NCBI GenBank assembly: GCA_010909165.1 | Contig: VJWM01000044.1 | Coordinates: 62,001 to 126,000, forward strand | Length of the DNA stretch: 64,000 nt | Direction of reading: 5' to 3' | From: Anthoceros angustus | Lineage: Eukaryota; Plantae; Anthocerotophyta | Shown here: positions 51,701-64,000 of the stretch, piece after piece | Layout of the letters: each line of letters starts with the position of its first letter | Position numbering within the stretch: position 1 is the stretch's first letter | Notes under the pieces: model-generated | Databases searched by the model: none | What the model was told of the DNA's origin: nothing | What the model saw: only the letters and a program-made list of their open reading frames with translations | Program-made: the position numbers and the translations under genes

Positions 51701-53951
51701 CGATGCCTTGATTGAGAATGATGGGGCTGAGACCGATGCTCCACCGAACTTTGAGAACGAAGCACATGGCGCGAATGCCGTGTACGGCAGTCCTAAAAAC
51801 CAAGCTGTGGGAATTTCTCGCCATGTGAAGGTCGAACCACGAGAACCTGTCAAGATGCATCTGAGCCTGCCAATTCTAACAGTTGAATGCTGAATATCCG
51901 GATGCGTGGCTTCATTGGGGAATGCCGCAATGTGGAGGAAAATGTGGACACCCTTCCAACCGAATGTCGTGATGTAGAAGGCGATGCGACACCATTCCAC
52001 CAATGCCGCGATGTGGAGGTGAAGGGAAAGAGAGGCCCAAAGCGGAAGAGGGTTCACGATATCATCACGGCGCTTCCTTCACATCTCGCACTTTGGTAAG
52101 CACGCTAGTTTGTAGCTCTTGTTATGGTTTTTATTGTAAGAGCGTAATGGTGGCCGTGTGTGCGAATTAAATTTCATCCCGTTTCACGCCTTGCTATTTC
52201 AAGCCTTCTTTGTTTCAAGCTCGGCTGTTTATGTTTGCAAGCGACCATGTGACCACGTTCACGACCATCAAACCCGTTAACGTTGTCATTGTGCTAAGCT
52301 GTTTGAAGACCGAATTAGGCTGATTAAACTCTAACTTTGGTGTCATAGTACTAATCTTGCTGCAACTCCTCGTGTTTTTCGTGGTTTATATACCAAGAGA
52401 GTCCTCATTCATACCCATGAAGGATGAGTCCATTTTATGTCCGGTACATATGCAATCCACTCATATATCCCTTTTGAAACAAACAGACGCCACCCAGCCT
52501 TCATGTTGAGACGTGTGTGCAAACTATGACTGGGCCATGGGAGTTTCAGCCTATTGTCTTGCGCTTTTGAGCACTAATTTGAAGTATTGGAGGAACAATG
52601 TTAGAAAGGAGGCCCGTTATTTTTGGGGAAGAAGTCTAACCCCAAGATGTCCCGAAGGTGTGAAGCAAGAGTATTGGGATGTGTTTTTGAAGGAGGAGCA
52701 AGACAAGATAAGCGGAGTTGTGGCCCTAGTCGGAAAAGCTGCCATGAGCGGGATGAAGGAGGTAGGAAGCAATACATATTCTTGCTTTGGATATGGTGGT
52801 CGGAAGGGGTTTCGCAGAGGTTTAGAGCAAAAATCTGAGGGAACCAAGCGGATGAGATAAAGGCTGAGGTAGCAATCATGGGTCTTGGCTTTGAGAGTGT
52901 TTTGGAGGAGTCCAAAACCGGACAGAGTTGGGTCCGCAGTTGGGGCAAATGGGGAGAAGGAGAAGGCTATTGTGGTGTGGGACATGTTGAAGGAGGCGGG
53001 ATACCTAAGCGATGAATGCGACGGAAGATCATGGAAGCCATCATGAAGCTAAATGTTGCGATGATGGGTGGATGGTGAGGATTATCTTCCCGCAAATTGG
53101 CGAAGGATCTTGAGATTCGAGGATGCATAAGCACACTTTAGGTGAGAGTCTTGGTTCGTGTTGAGACAACCTCTTTGTCTATGCTTGTTCGAATTTGCTA
53201 ATGGCATCCTTTTTGGAAGTTGGATTATTCTTGGGGCCATGCATTAGAGTTCTTGTTGGTGGAGATGAGAATTGCACCTAGTGGAATGTAGGGATGAGCT
53301 AAAGACTAGAGTGTAGAATAGTTGCGTGATGCAGTGCGGATAGTAGATTCGAGGCCATTTTTGTCAACATACTCCCAAACACCCTAAACTCTAAGCTACT
53401 TATACTACGGATGTTTTACTACGCCTTTTTCTAGTTTAGCAATGGAAACCCTTGTAGTATGCACTACAAGTGGTTTCTGAGCTTTTACTACAAAGTTTTA
53501 CTATAGGTGTTTATTAGTCGTTTTACATGGCATTTTACTACGGACGTTTTACTACATGGCATTTTACTACAGACGTTTTAAAAGAGACCCCAGTTAACAA
53601 ACCATAGGTTAAATAATACCAGTTAATAAATCATGGTTAATTAACACTAGTCAACAAACCTTGGTTTATTAACCGGTGATCTAGGTTTATACGTTTTACA
53701 CCCGTAGTAAAAAATGGGGTTAATTTATGTAGTAAAGTAAACTATAGGTCCGTACTAACCTTATATATAAATAAATTACTCCGTATATATGTTGTATTAA
53801 ATTATAGTATATAGCCCGGTATACGGTATGGGAACATTACCACGGAAATTAACGCTTTGTGTTTACTACGGGCGTTTTACTACTGTAGTAGTAACCCTGT
53901 TGTAAAACCCGTTGTAAAGTCCGTGTTAAAGGGCATGGTTTCCTAGTAGTG
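48781..53951. mobile_element. CACTA/EnSpm (CMC) DNA transposon, non-autonomous or degenerate
   Basis: Perfect 25-bp TIRs CACTACTAGGAAACCATGCCCTTTA (48781-48805 and inverted at 53927-53951); subterminal TTTTACTAC repeats at both ends; broken internal ORFs including a TnpA-like fragment RCPEGVKQEYW (52513-52860); no DDE transposase seen. Confidence 0.92.
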
Positions 53952-56180
53952 AGGGAAAGGTGGTTGGTGCACTGAAGAACTCAAGGAAGAGAAATGGAGA
54001 ATGTTTACTAAGATTCTCCTTGGATTGGTGAGTGCTCAACGGAAGACATATCTTAGTGATGCGCAGCTATATTTCATCCGGAGGTTGTCTAGGGGGGCTA
54101 CTCCGGATTGGGGAATGGTAATGTATGATGTTTATACTGCACATTGCGCAAGGTTGCTTATGCCCAATGCGAGGAATCCAAGAGCACGCAGAAATACGTA
54201 CCTCTCCACCTACCTGATTCATATTTATGAGCTCCAAGGATTATTGAAGCAAGGAGAATTGGAATTTTCCAAGATGGATTTCCAAGTGGTATCATTGGAT
54301 GCAGGAATCCCTAAGCCCGTGAGAGAAGTCCCCCCAACAAGAGACGGGAAGAAAAGGAAAGCAATGGAGGAGCCTACTACGGTGTCCTACGCAGATGAGG
54401 AAGGAGAAGAAGAAGAAGTTCATCCAGCGAGAGCATCGGGGAAGAGAGTGGTAGGAAGAGGTGAGTCGGATCCACTCCCTATGACGGTGGAGAGTGAAGA
54501 AGCCCTCGTGGAGAGAGTCAAGGCAGCTTCCATTGCGGAGGAAGCTGCAAGAAGAGCTGGTATGGGAGGAAGAGAAGGAGAAACCAGCAAGTCCGCGGAA
54601 CTTGGGCAAGTAGGAAGGGCTAGCATAACCAATGGGGCTGCAGTAGGGAGGCCCACTGCTGTCCCTACGGTAGGGGCAGCACAGATGACGGTAGGGTGAG
54701 GGACCCTACTGTAGGGAGTGAGCGTAGGGTCGAGTCCCCTACGACGGGTGTGGCACCCGAGGTAGTGAGGGGGGTGCAAGTGTCCCTACCTATAGGCGTA
54801 GGGGCTCCTAGTGGAGTGGCAGCCGCGATGGATAGGCCTATGGAGGGGCCCAGTGAAGGAGGCGTTCACATGAGCCAGAGAATGGAGCTAGGGGGTGACA
54901 TGGTTTTGGAATTGGAACAAACCATAGGTTAAATACCAGTTAATAAATCATGGTTAATTAACACTAGTTAACAAACCTTGGTTTATTAACCGTGATCTAG
55001 GTTTATACGCTTTACACCCGTAGTAAAAATGGGGTTAATTTATGTAGTAAAGTAAACTATAGGTCCGCATTAACCTTATATATAAATAAATTACTCATAT
55101 ATGTTGTATTAAATTATAGTATATAGCCAGATACTGATGGGAACATTACCACGAAATTAACGCTTTGTGTTTACTACGGGCGTTTTACTACTGTAGTAGT
55201 AACCCTGTTGTAAAACCCGTTGTAAAGTCCGTGTTAAAGGGCATGGTTTCCTAGTAGTGAGGGAAAGGTGGTTGGTGCACTGAAGAACTCAAGGAAGAGA
55301 AATGGAGAATGTTTACTAAGATTCTCCTTGGATTGGTGAGTGCTCAACGGAAGACATATCTTAGTGATGCGCAGTTGTATTTCATTTGGAGGTTGTCTAG
55401 GGGGGCTACTCCGGATTGGGGAATGGTAATGTATGATGTTTATACTGCATATCGCGGAAGGTTTCTCATGCCCAATGCGAGGAATCCAAGAGCACGAAAT
55501 ACATACCTCCACCCACCGATTCATATTTATGAGCTCCAAGGATTATTGAAGCGTGAATTGAATTTTCCAAGATGGATTTCCAAGTGGTATCATTGGATGC
55601 GAGGAATCCCTAAGCCCGTGAGAGAAGTCCCCAACAAGAGACGGAAGAAGAGGAAAGCAATGGAGGAGCCTACTTGTCCCACGCAGTGAAGGAGGAGAAG
55701 AAGTTCATTCAATGAGAGCATCGGGAAGAAGGTGGTAGGAAGAGGTGAGTTGGATCCACTCCCTATGGCGGTGGAGAGTGAAGAAGCCTCGTGGAGAGAG
55801 TCAAGGCGCTTCCATTGCGGAGGAAGCCGCAAGAAGAGCTGGTATGGGAGGAAGAGAAGGAGACAAGAAGCGGAACTTGGGCAAGTAGGAAGGGCTAGCA
55901 TAATCAATGGGGCTGCAGTAGGGAGGCCCACTGCTGTCCCTACGGTAGGGGCAGCACAGATGATAGAGGTGAGGGACCCATCAGAGGGAGTGAGCGTAGG
56001 GTCGAGTCCCCTACGACGGTGTGGCACCCGATGTAGTGAGGGGGGTGCAAGTGTCCCTACCTATAGGCGTAGGGGCTGCTCCTAGTGGAGTGGCAGCCGC
56101 GATGGATAGGCCTATGGAGGGGCCCAAAGGAGGCGCTCACATGAGCCGAGAATGGAGCTAGGGGTGACATGGTTTTGAAT
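53596..56180. repeat. Tandem duplication (~1.3 kb unit) including the CACTA right end (second TIR copy at 55235-55259)
   Basis: 53596-54915 matches 54916-56180; the second copy carries many 1-3 nt deletions. Confidence 0.9.
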
Positions 56181-58438
56181 TGAACGACCATGGATGTCTC
56201 AAACATCCGTGGCGACTTGGATACTTTGGGAGAGGTGTGGCGCATGTGTGGGATAGCAAGGAACTTGGATGTGAGGAGGCTTGCCCATGTTGTAGCTACC
56301 CTCCTAAGTGGGGCTACTCTCATAAATAAGCGGGAAGGAGTAGAACTAGGTACCTTTAGGGGTGTTGGGGCCACCCCGGTAGGAAATGTGGATACAGAAG
56401 AATTAAGGACAGCTCAAACTAGGATTTTAGAGCTAGAGTCAAGTGTAGGTAGGCTTAACTGAAAGGGAAAAGCGACTTACATTGGAGCTTGAGGGAGCTG
56501 CGTTGAGGCATCAAGAGATGGTGCAAAAGTTGGATGGCATTATGGTGACACGCGCTAAGGAGAAGGAAGGATGGTCCTTGGAGAATAGAGGGATGCGAGA
56601 ACAAGTCCAACAATTGGTGTATGCCATGGCGATGGCCAAGAAGGATGTAAAGGAGGTCCAGGGCCTTGCGAAGACTAAGGATGGTTATTAAATGGCAAGG
56701 ACCTCGAGGTAGGAGAATTGAGAAGGGAGAAGGAGACCCTACAAGAGTCATGGGACTCCCTCCAAGCAGAGTTAGAAGAAGCCAAGGGGGCTGTGAGTGA
56801 AGCTAATCGTAGGGCCTCGCAAGAGGAAGAGAGTCGCAAGAAAGCTGAGCACATGGTACGTCGCTTGATGGTTGTGCGTACGAGAAGGTTCAGAGCCGAT
56901 CATGCCTTGCAAAAGAGGATGTTGAGGCAAAAATGTGGTGCGACTTTCGCTGATGGCCAGCCGGGCGCGCACAATCCCGTGTCGTTGTAGTAAGGGGTCC
57001 GCTCCCAAGAGAATGATAGGCTCTGTTTGCCACGTTTCAATCGTTTCTCACCTCACTTAGTATCCGCTCGTCTCAACACACCTATTCATCGCTTTCGCCT
57101 AACTACCATAGCGTTCAAGCAATGATCGCCAAACGTTTAAGGACCCGTTCGCGTCCGTATCGTTCAAGTTCGTCACTCATCCTCTAGTCCGTTCCTCTCA
57201 CCACTCTCACTACACTCATCGTCCTTGGGGAAAACGCTGGTGGCTACGGTCCGGACCTCCTCGATCGCTCTGCCGCCTCTCCGTCCGGCTCAGACGCCCC
57301 GGAGTTCCTCCGGCTCACATGAGCCAGAATGGAGCTAGGGGTGACATGGTTTTGAATTGAACGACCCATGGATGTCTCAAACATCCGTGGCGACTCTGGA
57401 CACTTTGGGAGAGCATGTGTGGGATAGCAAGGAACTTGGATGAGAGGAGGCTTGCCCATGTTGTAGCTACCTCCTAAGTGGGGCTACCTCATAAAGCGGA
57501 AGGAGTAGAACTAGGTACCTTTAGGGGTGTTGGGGCCACCGAGGGAACGTGGATACGTAAGAATTAAGGGCAGCTCAAACTAGGATTTTAGAGCTAGAGT
57601 CAAGTGTAGGTAGGCTTATCAAGAGAAAGGCGACTTACATGGGAGCTTGAGGGAGCGTTGAGGCATCAAGAGATGGTGCAAGAGTTGGATGGCATTATGG
57701 TGACACGCGCTAAGGAGAAGGAAGGATGGGTCTTGGAGAAGAGAGGGATGAGAGAACAAGTCCAACAATTGGTGTATGCCATATGGCGATGGCCAAGAAG
57801 GATGTAAAGGAGGTCCAGAGCCCTATGAGACTAAGGATGAGTTATTAAATGGCAAGGACCTCGAGGTAGGAGAATTGAGAAGGAGAAGGAGACCCTACAA
57901 GAGTCATGGGACTCCTCCAAGCGGAGTTAGAAGAAGCCAAGGGGCTGTGAGTGAAGCTAATCGAGGGCCTCGCAAGAGGAAGAGAGTCGCAAGAAAGCAC
58001 ATGGTACGCCGCTTGATGGTTGTGCGAAGAGAAGGTTCGAGCCGATCATGCCTTGCAAAAGAGGATGTTGAGGCAAAATGTGGTGCGACTTTCGATGGCC
58101 ACAAGACAATCCGTGTCGTTGTAGTAAGGGTCCGCTCCCAAGAGAATGATAGGCTCTGTTTGCCACGTTTCAATCGTTTCTCACCTCACTTAGTATCCGC
58201 TCGCCTCACACCTATTCATCGCTTTCGCCTAACTACCCGCAACGTTCAGACAGCGGCGGCCAAACGCTTAAGGACCCGTCACACGTGTCGTTCAAGTTCG
58301 TCACTCATCCTCTAGTCCGTTCCTCTCACCACTCTACACTCATCGTCCTTGGGGAAAACGCGGTGGCTACGGTCCGGACCTCCTCCGCTCGCCGCCTCTC
58401 CGTCCGGCTCAGACGCCCCGGAGTTCTCCGCTCACGCT
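56135..58438. repeat. Tandem duplication (~1.15 kb unit) of the coiled-coil ORF end plus an LTR fragment
   Basis: 56135-57318 matches 57313-58438; junction microhomology GCTCAC; indel-rich. Confidence 0.9.
56934..57312 (-). mobile_element. Truncated LTR end related to the 47178 solo LTR (duplicated at ~58079-58478)
   Basis: tgtggtgcgactttc...cacaatcccgtgtcgttgta matches the start of 47178 (tgtggcgcgactttc...cacaatcccgtgtcgttgta). Confidence 0.7.
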
Positions 58439-61400
58439 TGGCCGGTCCAACGCCGGGCGCCTGCAGACGAGCAAGGGTCCCTAGTCGCTATTCCCCCCCC
58501 GGCTCGCGTGCTATGGAATATGCTGCCTAACATCCTGGAATAGAATGATGGCGACCCATCACAGAGGTGGCAAGGCATGTGCCCACATGCCTTGCCACAT
58601 TGCATACGGTGCATGAGCTAAAACGTATGGCCATGATTAGTTTGGTCCTTTTGGAAAGATCGCGGGTTTCCATTCACGGGCCGGAGCTTGTTGAGCTTCG
58701 AGGTCGAATTTGGAGTATTTTGCACGGAAGCGAGTAGAGATGGCTGGTGTGGCGCAGGATGTGAGTATGTGGGATGTCGACGAAGAGGATTTCGCAGCAA
58801 CAATTGCCCTCAGCATGCAAGCATGTCAATTACCCAAAGATGCCACTGTAGATCGATGTCGACGGGCAGCTGCTGCAGAGCTTCGTCTTTCCAAAATAGC
58901 TAAAAGACGCCCGCTTCATCCAAGCAAGCAATGCCATCTTCGATGCCCGCCACGACGGAGTGATGTGGAAAAGGATTGCACAAGAGGGAGGGCCGCACCG
59001 TCAAGCTCAAAGACTCCGCCAACCGCAGCAGTGGAAGTTGTGGTGGATTTGTTTCCTAAACATGAGAGTATGTCGGGGCAGGTTGTGCGTCAGCAGGAGG
59101 TCATGGTGGGCACCCCGCTCCGGCTGCCGTCAGAGCCAAGCTAAGTTACCGGCCGTGATGAGTCTCGTGCGACCATTGAAAGGACGAGCCGATGCGATCG
59201 GCAGCATGGCGAATGCGCTTGTGCGGACTGGGCGTGGCCACGGATGCGTTCACTGGGCGTTTCCCGCCTTCCCCAAAGGGAGTTTGTTCCCTGGCCCCTC
59301 TCCCTCTGCTGTGAATTCATATCATTGTTGCCTTCCGCAAGTTGCTTACATACCCTTGTTGAATACGGCAGAAGTACCCTCGTGGAGTTCATCTTCTAGT
59401 TTTGACCGTGGAATCTCCCCAGTTAGTGGAGAGTTAACGTTGGGCTGTGGAGTCACCAAGCATGTCTGGGTCATGGAAGGAAGTAATGGGGCTGTTGCGC
59501 TCATCCGACGGCGATTCACTGCCGGCGCCAGGTGGTTCGGAGGATGGTGATAGTGCAAGTGAAGGAGTGGCACTTCCTTCGATGGAGAGCTTGTGGGAAA
59601 CTCGCGTGGAGGCTGTCTCGGGGAAGAAGGCAGCGGAAACTTCCCCCAAGTTGCTTGGACTCGCTGATCAGTTACGCCCACATGAACCTACTGACATTGT
59701 GCGGTGTTTGATAAGACTCCATGGGCCAGAAACTGTGCAAGGTATCACAAAGCTGATGATGGAAGAGCACAGCTCAAAACCTAAACAACTAAGGGATGTG
59801 GACAACCTTATTGGCGGCTTATCTGGTAGAGCAAAGTCAGACTTTCACAAGCGGACAAAGAAGCTATGTGTGACAAGGTTGAAGCTTTTGAAGTCGTGTA
59901 CTAAGCATCCTGTTGCCTTGCGGACGGAGCTCATCGACTTGATCAAGGCACAGTTCCCGGCGATCACAAACGTTGATATTATAAACACACGGTTTTCCAA
60001 GTGCCAGGTGCAACGTAACTTCACCAATTTGAAAAAGGTTAGGAGGGCTGCGAAGATGATGAGGAAGGGGAAGCTAAGCACTGTTCCGAAGCCGTCGGAC
60101 GTGTGTGAGGAGGAATGGACACATGCAATTCAGTGGGCATGTTCTGAGTATGAGCGAGGCAACGGGAGATAGCCGAGGTGCCAACAAATGACAGCTGTCG
60201 AAGCTCGAGTAGCAAGACAGAGCAGGCACAAATCCTTATGGTCGGGGTGGCGCCACGGAATTCAGAAAGCGATTCCTTGTCCGGTGGGGAAGGTATCATA
60301 ACAAGGAGGAGACCGAATGGGCCCTTAAACACGACATAAGATACATGCAAACATTTTGGGATGGCAATCACAATACATTAGGTAAAGTTTTCGTAGGCTT
60401 TCGCAAATATGTTGAGTTTCATATGACGTGTTCATTTCACATTGCCACAACATAATGTCGATGTACACATTCACATTATTGCCTCACATAGCATGCTTAC
60501 TACCTTCCATCTTCCGTCTAACGTTTACTGAATAAACTTGTGCATCCCAGAGACAGGCGTGGTGCCCCTTGGACAAGATGACAACGCAAATGGAGCGGCC
60601 GAAGTAGGGGTGCAGAATCGTGTGGAGGCCACACAGCTTATTTCTATCAAAGCTTGCGCTGTGAGAGGCTTGGACCAGGTGCCCGGCACTGAAAAGAAGC
60701 GGGCCTCGGTAATAGACAAGACAGGCACTTAACCATCTTATGCATTGTCATTACTTTGGGGCTTACTCGAACGAAATGCATCATGATTCCACCTGCAGGA
60801 TTGAACATGAGAATGTGGCTGAGCCAAAGACTCTGATGGGTGAAGCGAATGCTATGCGGAAGGAATTCAGACACTCGAGAAAGGAGACTGTTCATGTTTG
60901 TGGCGCACGAGACGCGACTTGCAAGAAGAAGCGAGCGCGGGGTCTAGATGCAGACCTTAATTGTTGATATGCAGATGTAATGGGTATACACATAGTACAC
61001 ACAAAATGGCTAGGGTTATTTCTGAGGATCAGTACCTAACCCTAAACGGGAGGAAACCAATGGTTTATTTTGAACTGGAGTTAACTTCTTGGGTAATGTG
61101 TTATCAGGTTAATTTTTCCACTTGCCACCAGTAAAAAAGCACCCGGTTAATCATCGGGTTAATCTAGATTGACTCAAGTTAAAGCATCGGATTAACCCAT
61201 GTCTAGTTAAACTGGAATTGTATTAATTTTGTGTAACTTAAAATAGTTTCAATTTACGTAAATTAAATGTGCATTCGAATTTGAGTGTACATACACCCCA
61301 TCTCGAGTAGACGGGACCGTACGCGGACATGCCTCGAATGCGTGCATACGGAGAATCTATAACTGTATTCTCTGTCACATACTGCAGGTGCGATATACGC

Positions 61401-61964
61401 ATGCTGGCATGGGCATGACACGTGAGAAGGCCGAAAGTGATACTTGGTTCGGTAAGAAGACGCTTGACCAAGCCCCGTTCGGGTGAGCGTAGCGTGCCTG
61501 CCACGCCGACGGGCGTCACAAACTGTCTGACGCAACGCCGGCCACCCGCCCAAGTCGACTGCATTGCCGCCCTCCGTACGCCAAATATGACTCCTGTCCC
61601 GTGACGGGCTACCGAGGCCGCTCGTCTTAAGCATAGGTGGGGACGTGCTAAATAAGATAACCATTAAGACAAACCAGGGCCCCGAGGCGGACGTCTTAAG
61701 CCATCCAAGGATGTATTTTACCCATCTTTGTATGCATCTTAAATGCGTCTGTTTTGTAGTAGTGAAGGTAGGTACAAACTGACATGCCCTGTGGTGAGCC
61801 TGACAAACCAATCGCGTGCGCCTTTTCAAGTTACCATGATCCATAATTATGCAAATTATACACCAACACACTTCCCGGTCTCTTTTGCGCCCTTCCGAAT
61901 ATCGAGTTGAATTCCCATGTGAAGCCTTGCGGGCTTCCCTTCCACGGTTGCATGTTCCAAACTC

Positions 61965-62071
61965 TTCCATTGTTGCTTTCTGCAGATTAAGAAGAGGCTG
62001 TTCCATTGTTGCTTTCTGCAGATTGAGAAGAGGCTGTTCATTGTTGCTTTTTGCAGATTGAGAAGAGGCTT
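61965..62071. repeat. 36-bp minisatellite (x3) encoding EQPLLNLQKATM-like units on the minus strand
   Basis: cattgttgctttctgcagatt(a/g)agaagaggctgttc repeated. Confidence 0.85.
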
Positions 62072-62222
62072 CCATCGCACCCTCTCCTCTCTTGATGGAT
62101 CATTGGGCTCGATCCACGTTCGAGTCTCCCCTCTCCTATCTTGGTCGAGATGTTGCTATTGGAAGGCAACCTAACTTCTCTGCCACAAGTGAGCCGCTTC
62201 CTCATCCTGGAGTGCCTCTGCC

Positions 62223-62520
62223 ATCTTCAAGTTCCATGACCCCTCCTTAGCTTCATATCTTCAAGTTCCATGCCTCCTCCTTAGCTTCATATCTTTAAGT
62301 TCCATGCCTCCTCCTAGCTTCATATCTTCAAGTTCCATGCCTCCTCCTAGCTTCATATCTTCAAGTTCCATGCCTCCTCCTAGCTTCATATCTTCAAGTT
62401 CCATGGCTCCTTCAAGTTCTATGCCTCCTCCTAGCTTCATATCTTCAAATTCCATGCCTCCTCCTAGCTTCATATCTTCAAGTTCCATGCCTCCTCCTAG
62501 CTTCATACCTCTTCCTAGTT
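62223..62520. repeat. 33-bp minisatellite (~8 copies) encoding MELEDMKLGGG on the minus strand
   Basis: tcttcaagttccatgcctcctcctagcttcata repeated. Confidence 0.92.
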
Positions 62521-63557
62521 TTATGCCTTTCTCCATGCCTCACCCTAATTTTATGACACCTCCAAATTCACCTCAAAATTCGACCGACTCGCACAAGAAG
62601 AAAGCAGAAGCTGAAGTGCATGACAAAGTGCCTGTAAACAACACATGTACAGCGGGGTATACAGCATGAAAAACGTTTTGGGAGGGAAATAGAATAATTA
62701 TTTGGATATTTTTCATGAAACAAGTAAACTCTATCCTAAACTCGTGCTGACCACTCGCCAATACTACCGGTGATATGTGAATGCCAAGGGTGGTCGAATG
62801 GGTCACCGCTCAGAACAAAGCCGTGACACGGCACTGACTTGTGAGTCAAGACCGGTTATACCGTACCCCGATGGATGGTTCAACAGGATAATGCCGAAAT
62901 AATTATTTTTTGAAAAAAAGGTCCAACATAAATATTTATATTTTTCAAAATTTCTAAAATTTACAAAAATTAATTTTTATCAAATTTCAATATTTATCAA
63001 AATATATAGGTATATATATAAAACTAATGGATATGTATAGACCTCCCTTAAACAGGCCCTAATTTTCCACACAAGCCCTAGTTTCCTTGTTTTGGCATCT
63101 TAAACTCATAAATTTTTACATATTCAATATTTTAAATATAATAATTTTTAGATTTTCAACTTAAACTAATTTTAATTAATTAATGCCGAATCATCCCTCG
63201 GGGTACGTTAGTGTGAATCCACCCTCATAAGAGTCTGATCGAACTGACCTTGGATATTGTGCGTTTCTGCGAACACAACTGGAGGAACACAACTGGAGGA
63301 AGTGAAAGAACGTTTCCGCTTTCTCAAATGCACATAAAATAGAAGAACATTTAGGATTCTATGAAGATACCCTTGGTGCAGTAGATAGTTACGAGAAAGG
63401 CATTCGAGGGGACTAGGACTTCCCCTTTTACTATTAGCCCTTTTTGGGTTGTTCCTCCTCGGTCTTCAGGGGTAGATGGAATTCCCCATCTCGCCTATTA
63501 ATAACGTCTACTCTCCACCATAAAATAGAAGAACATTTAGGATTGAACGAAGTAGTA

Positions 63558-63790
63558 GCCAGGCTCTGGTTCCTGCTCAAGTGAAACGCTAAAGAAGAGA
63601 AGCGTATATCGATGCCCACACTAACATGTTGCAGCCCAGGCTCTGGTTCCTACTCAAGTGAAACGCTAAAGAAGAGAAGCGTATATCGATGCCCACACTA
63701 ATATGTTGCAGCCCAGGCTCTGGTTCCTGCTCAAGTGAAACGCTAAAGAAGAGAAGCGTATATCAATGCCCACACTAACATGTTGCAGCC
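63558..63790. repeat. 77-bp tandem repeat x3
   Basis: aggctctggttcc starts at 63561, 63638 and 63715. Confidence 0.92.
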
Positions 63791-64000
63791 CTCACAGATT
63801 CCAGCATGTTGCTGTTCTTAAAAATTCTACAAAACTCCACGCTCTCCGTGAGTTGGAAACGTCAAAATAGAGTATCTATGTCCAAATGGCTTAGGCCAAA
63901 TGGATACACATAGTGTAAGAACGTCATAGTTAAGTGTTCTACACTACAATCGGAACCCAGATGGGGTACCTAAAGAGGAATGCCTCCGGTGCTAGTAGCC

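Larger units (their letters stand above)
46922..56933 (+). pseudogene. Retrotransposon-associated accessory ORF interrupted by a solo LTR and a CACTA element, with a C-terminal coiled coil
   Basis: Segments 46922-47177, 48577-48780 and 53954-54699 join in frame: ...ENRD|ARTDPRCWTAQHIRQVYG...HKSR|GKGGWCTEEL...PDWGMVMYDV...YLIHIY. It continues with frameshifts into a coiled coil at 56190-56933. Confidence 0.75.
58480..63300. mobile_element. Degenerate DNA-transposon-like region with a TnpA-like ORF (59447-60172 +) and a Cys/His-containing ORF (61263-62075 -)
   Basis: KPSDVCEEEW resembles RCPEGVKQEYW inside the CACTA; CWCxxC...RxRxVCxxH motif on the minus strand; termini not identified. Confidence 0.45.

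Noticed and set aside
63558-63790. Possible tRNA-sized (77-bp) repeat array
   Set aside because: No convincing cloverleaf or A/B boxes; treated as a simple tandem repeat.

Overview
Eukaryotic land-plant nuclear DNA. Short GT-AG introns and the style of a long PLS-class PPR gene suggest a non-seed plant (fern, lycophyte or hornwort); this is inference. The left ~40.6 kb is gene-dense: a multi-exon organelle-targeted AAA+ ATPase head-to-head with an intronless plant-type ferredoxin, a truncated F-box gene, three PL1 pectate lyases plus a partial tandem copy, a GH51 alpha-L-arabinofuranosidase, an intronless PLS-E+ PPR gene with an adjacent PPR relic, a 5'-truncated LINE with a (TTG)n tail, and a long coiled-coil ORF. 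The right ~23 kb is nested transposon debris: a solo LTR (5-bp TSD) and a CACTA element (25-bp TIRs, apparent 2-bp TSD) sit inside one retroelement-type ORF whose frame is restored when both are removed. The most notable gene is the pectate lyase at 10236-12103: signal peptide, acidic pro-segment, RRLL site, ~80-aa poly-Lys domain, Pro linker, then the catalytic domain. A tandem splice donor could instead yield a poly-Glu peptide. Several 0.3-1.3 kb tandem duplications with indel-ridden copies suggest long-read assembly artefacts, so many frameshifts here may not be real.
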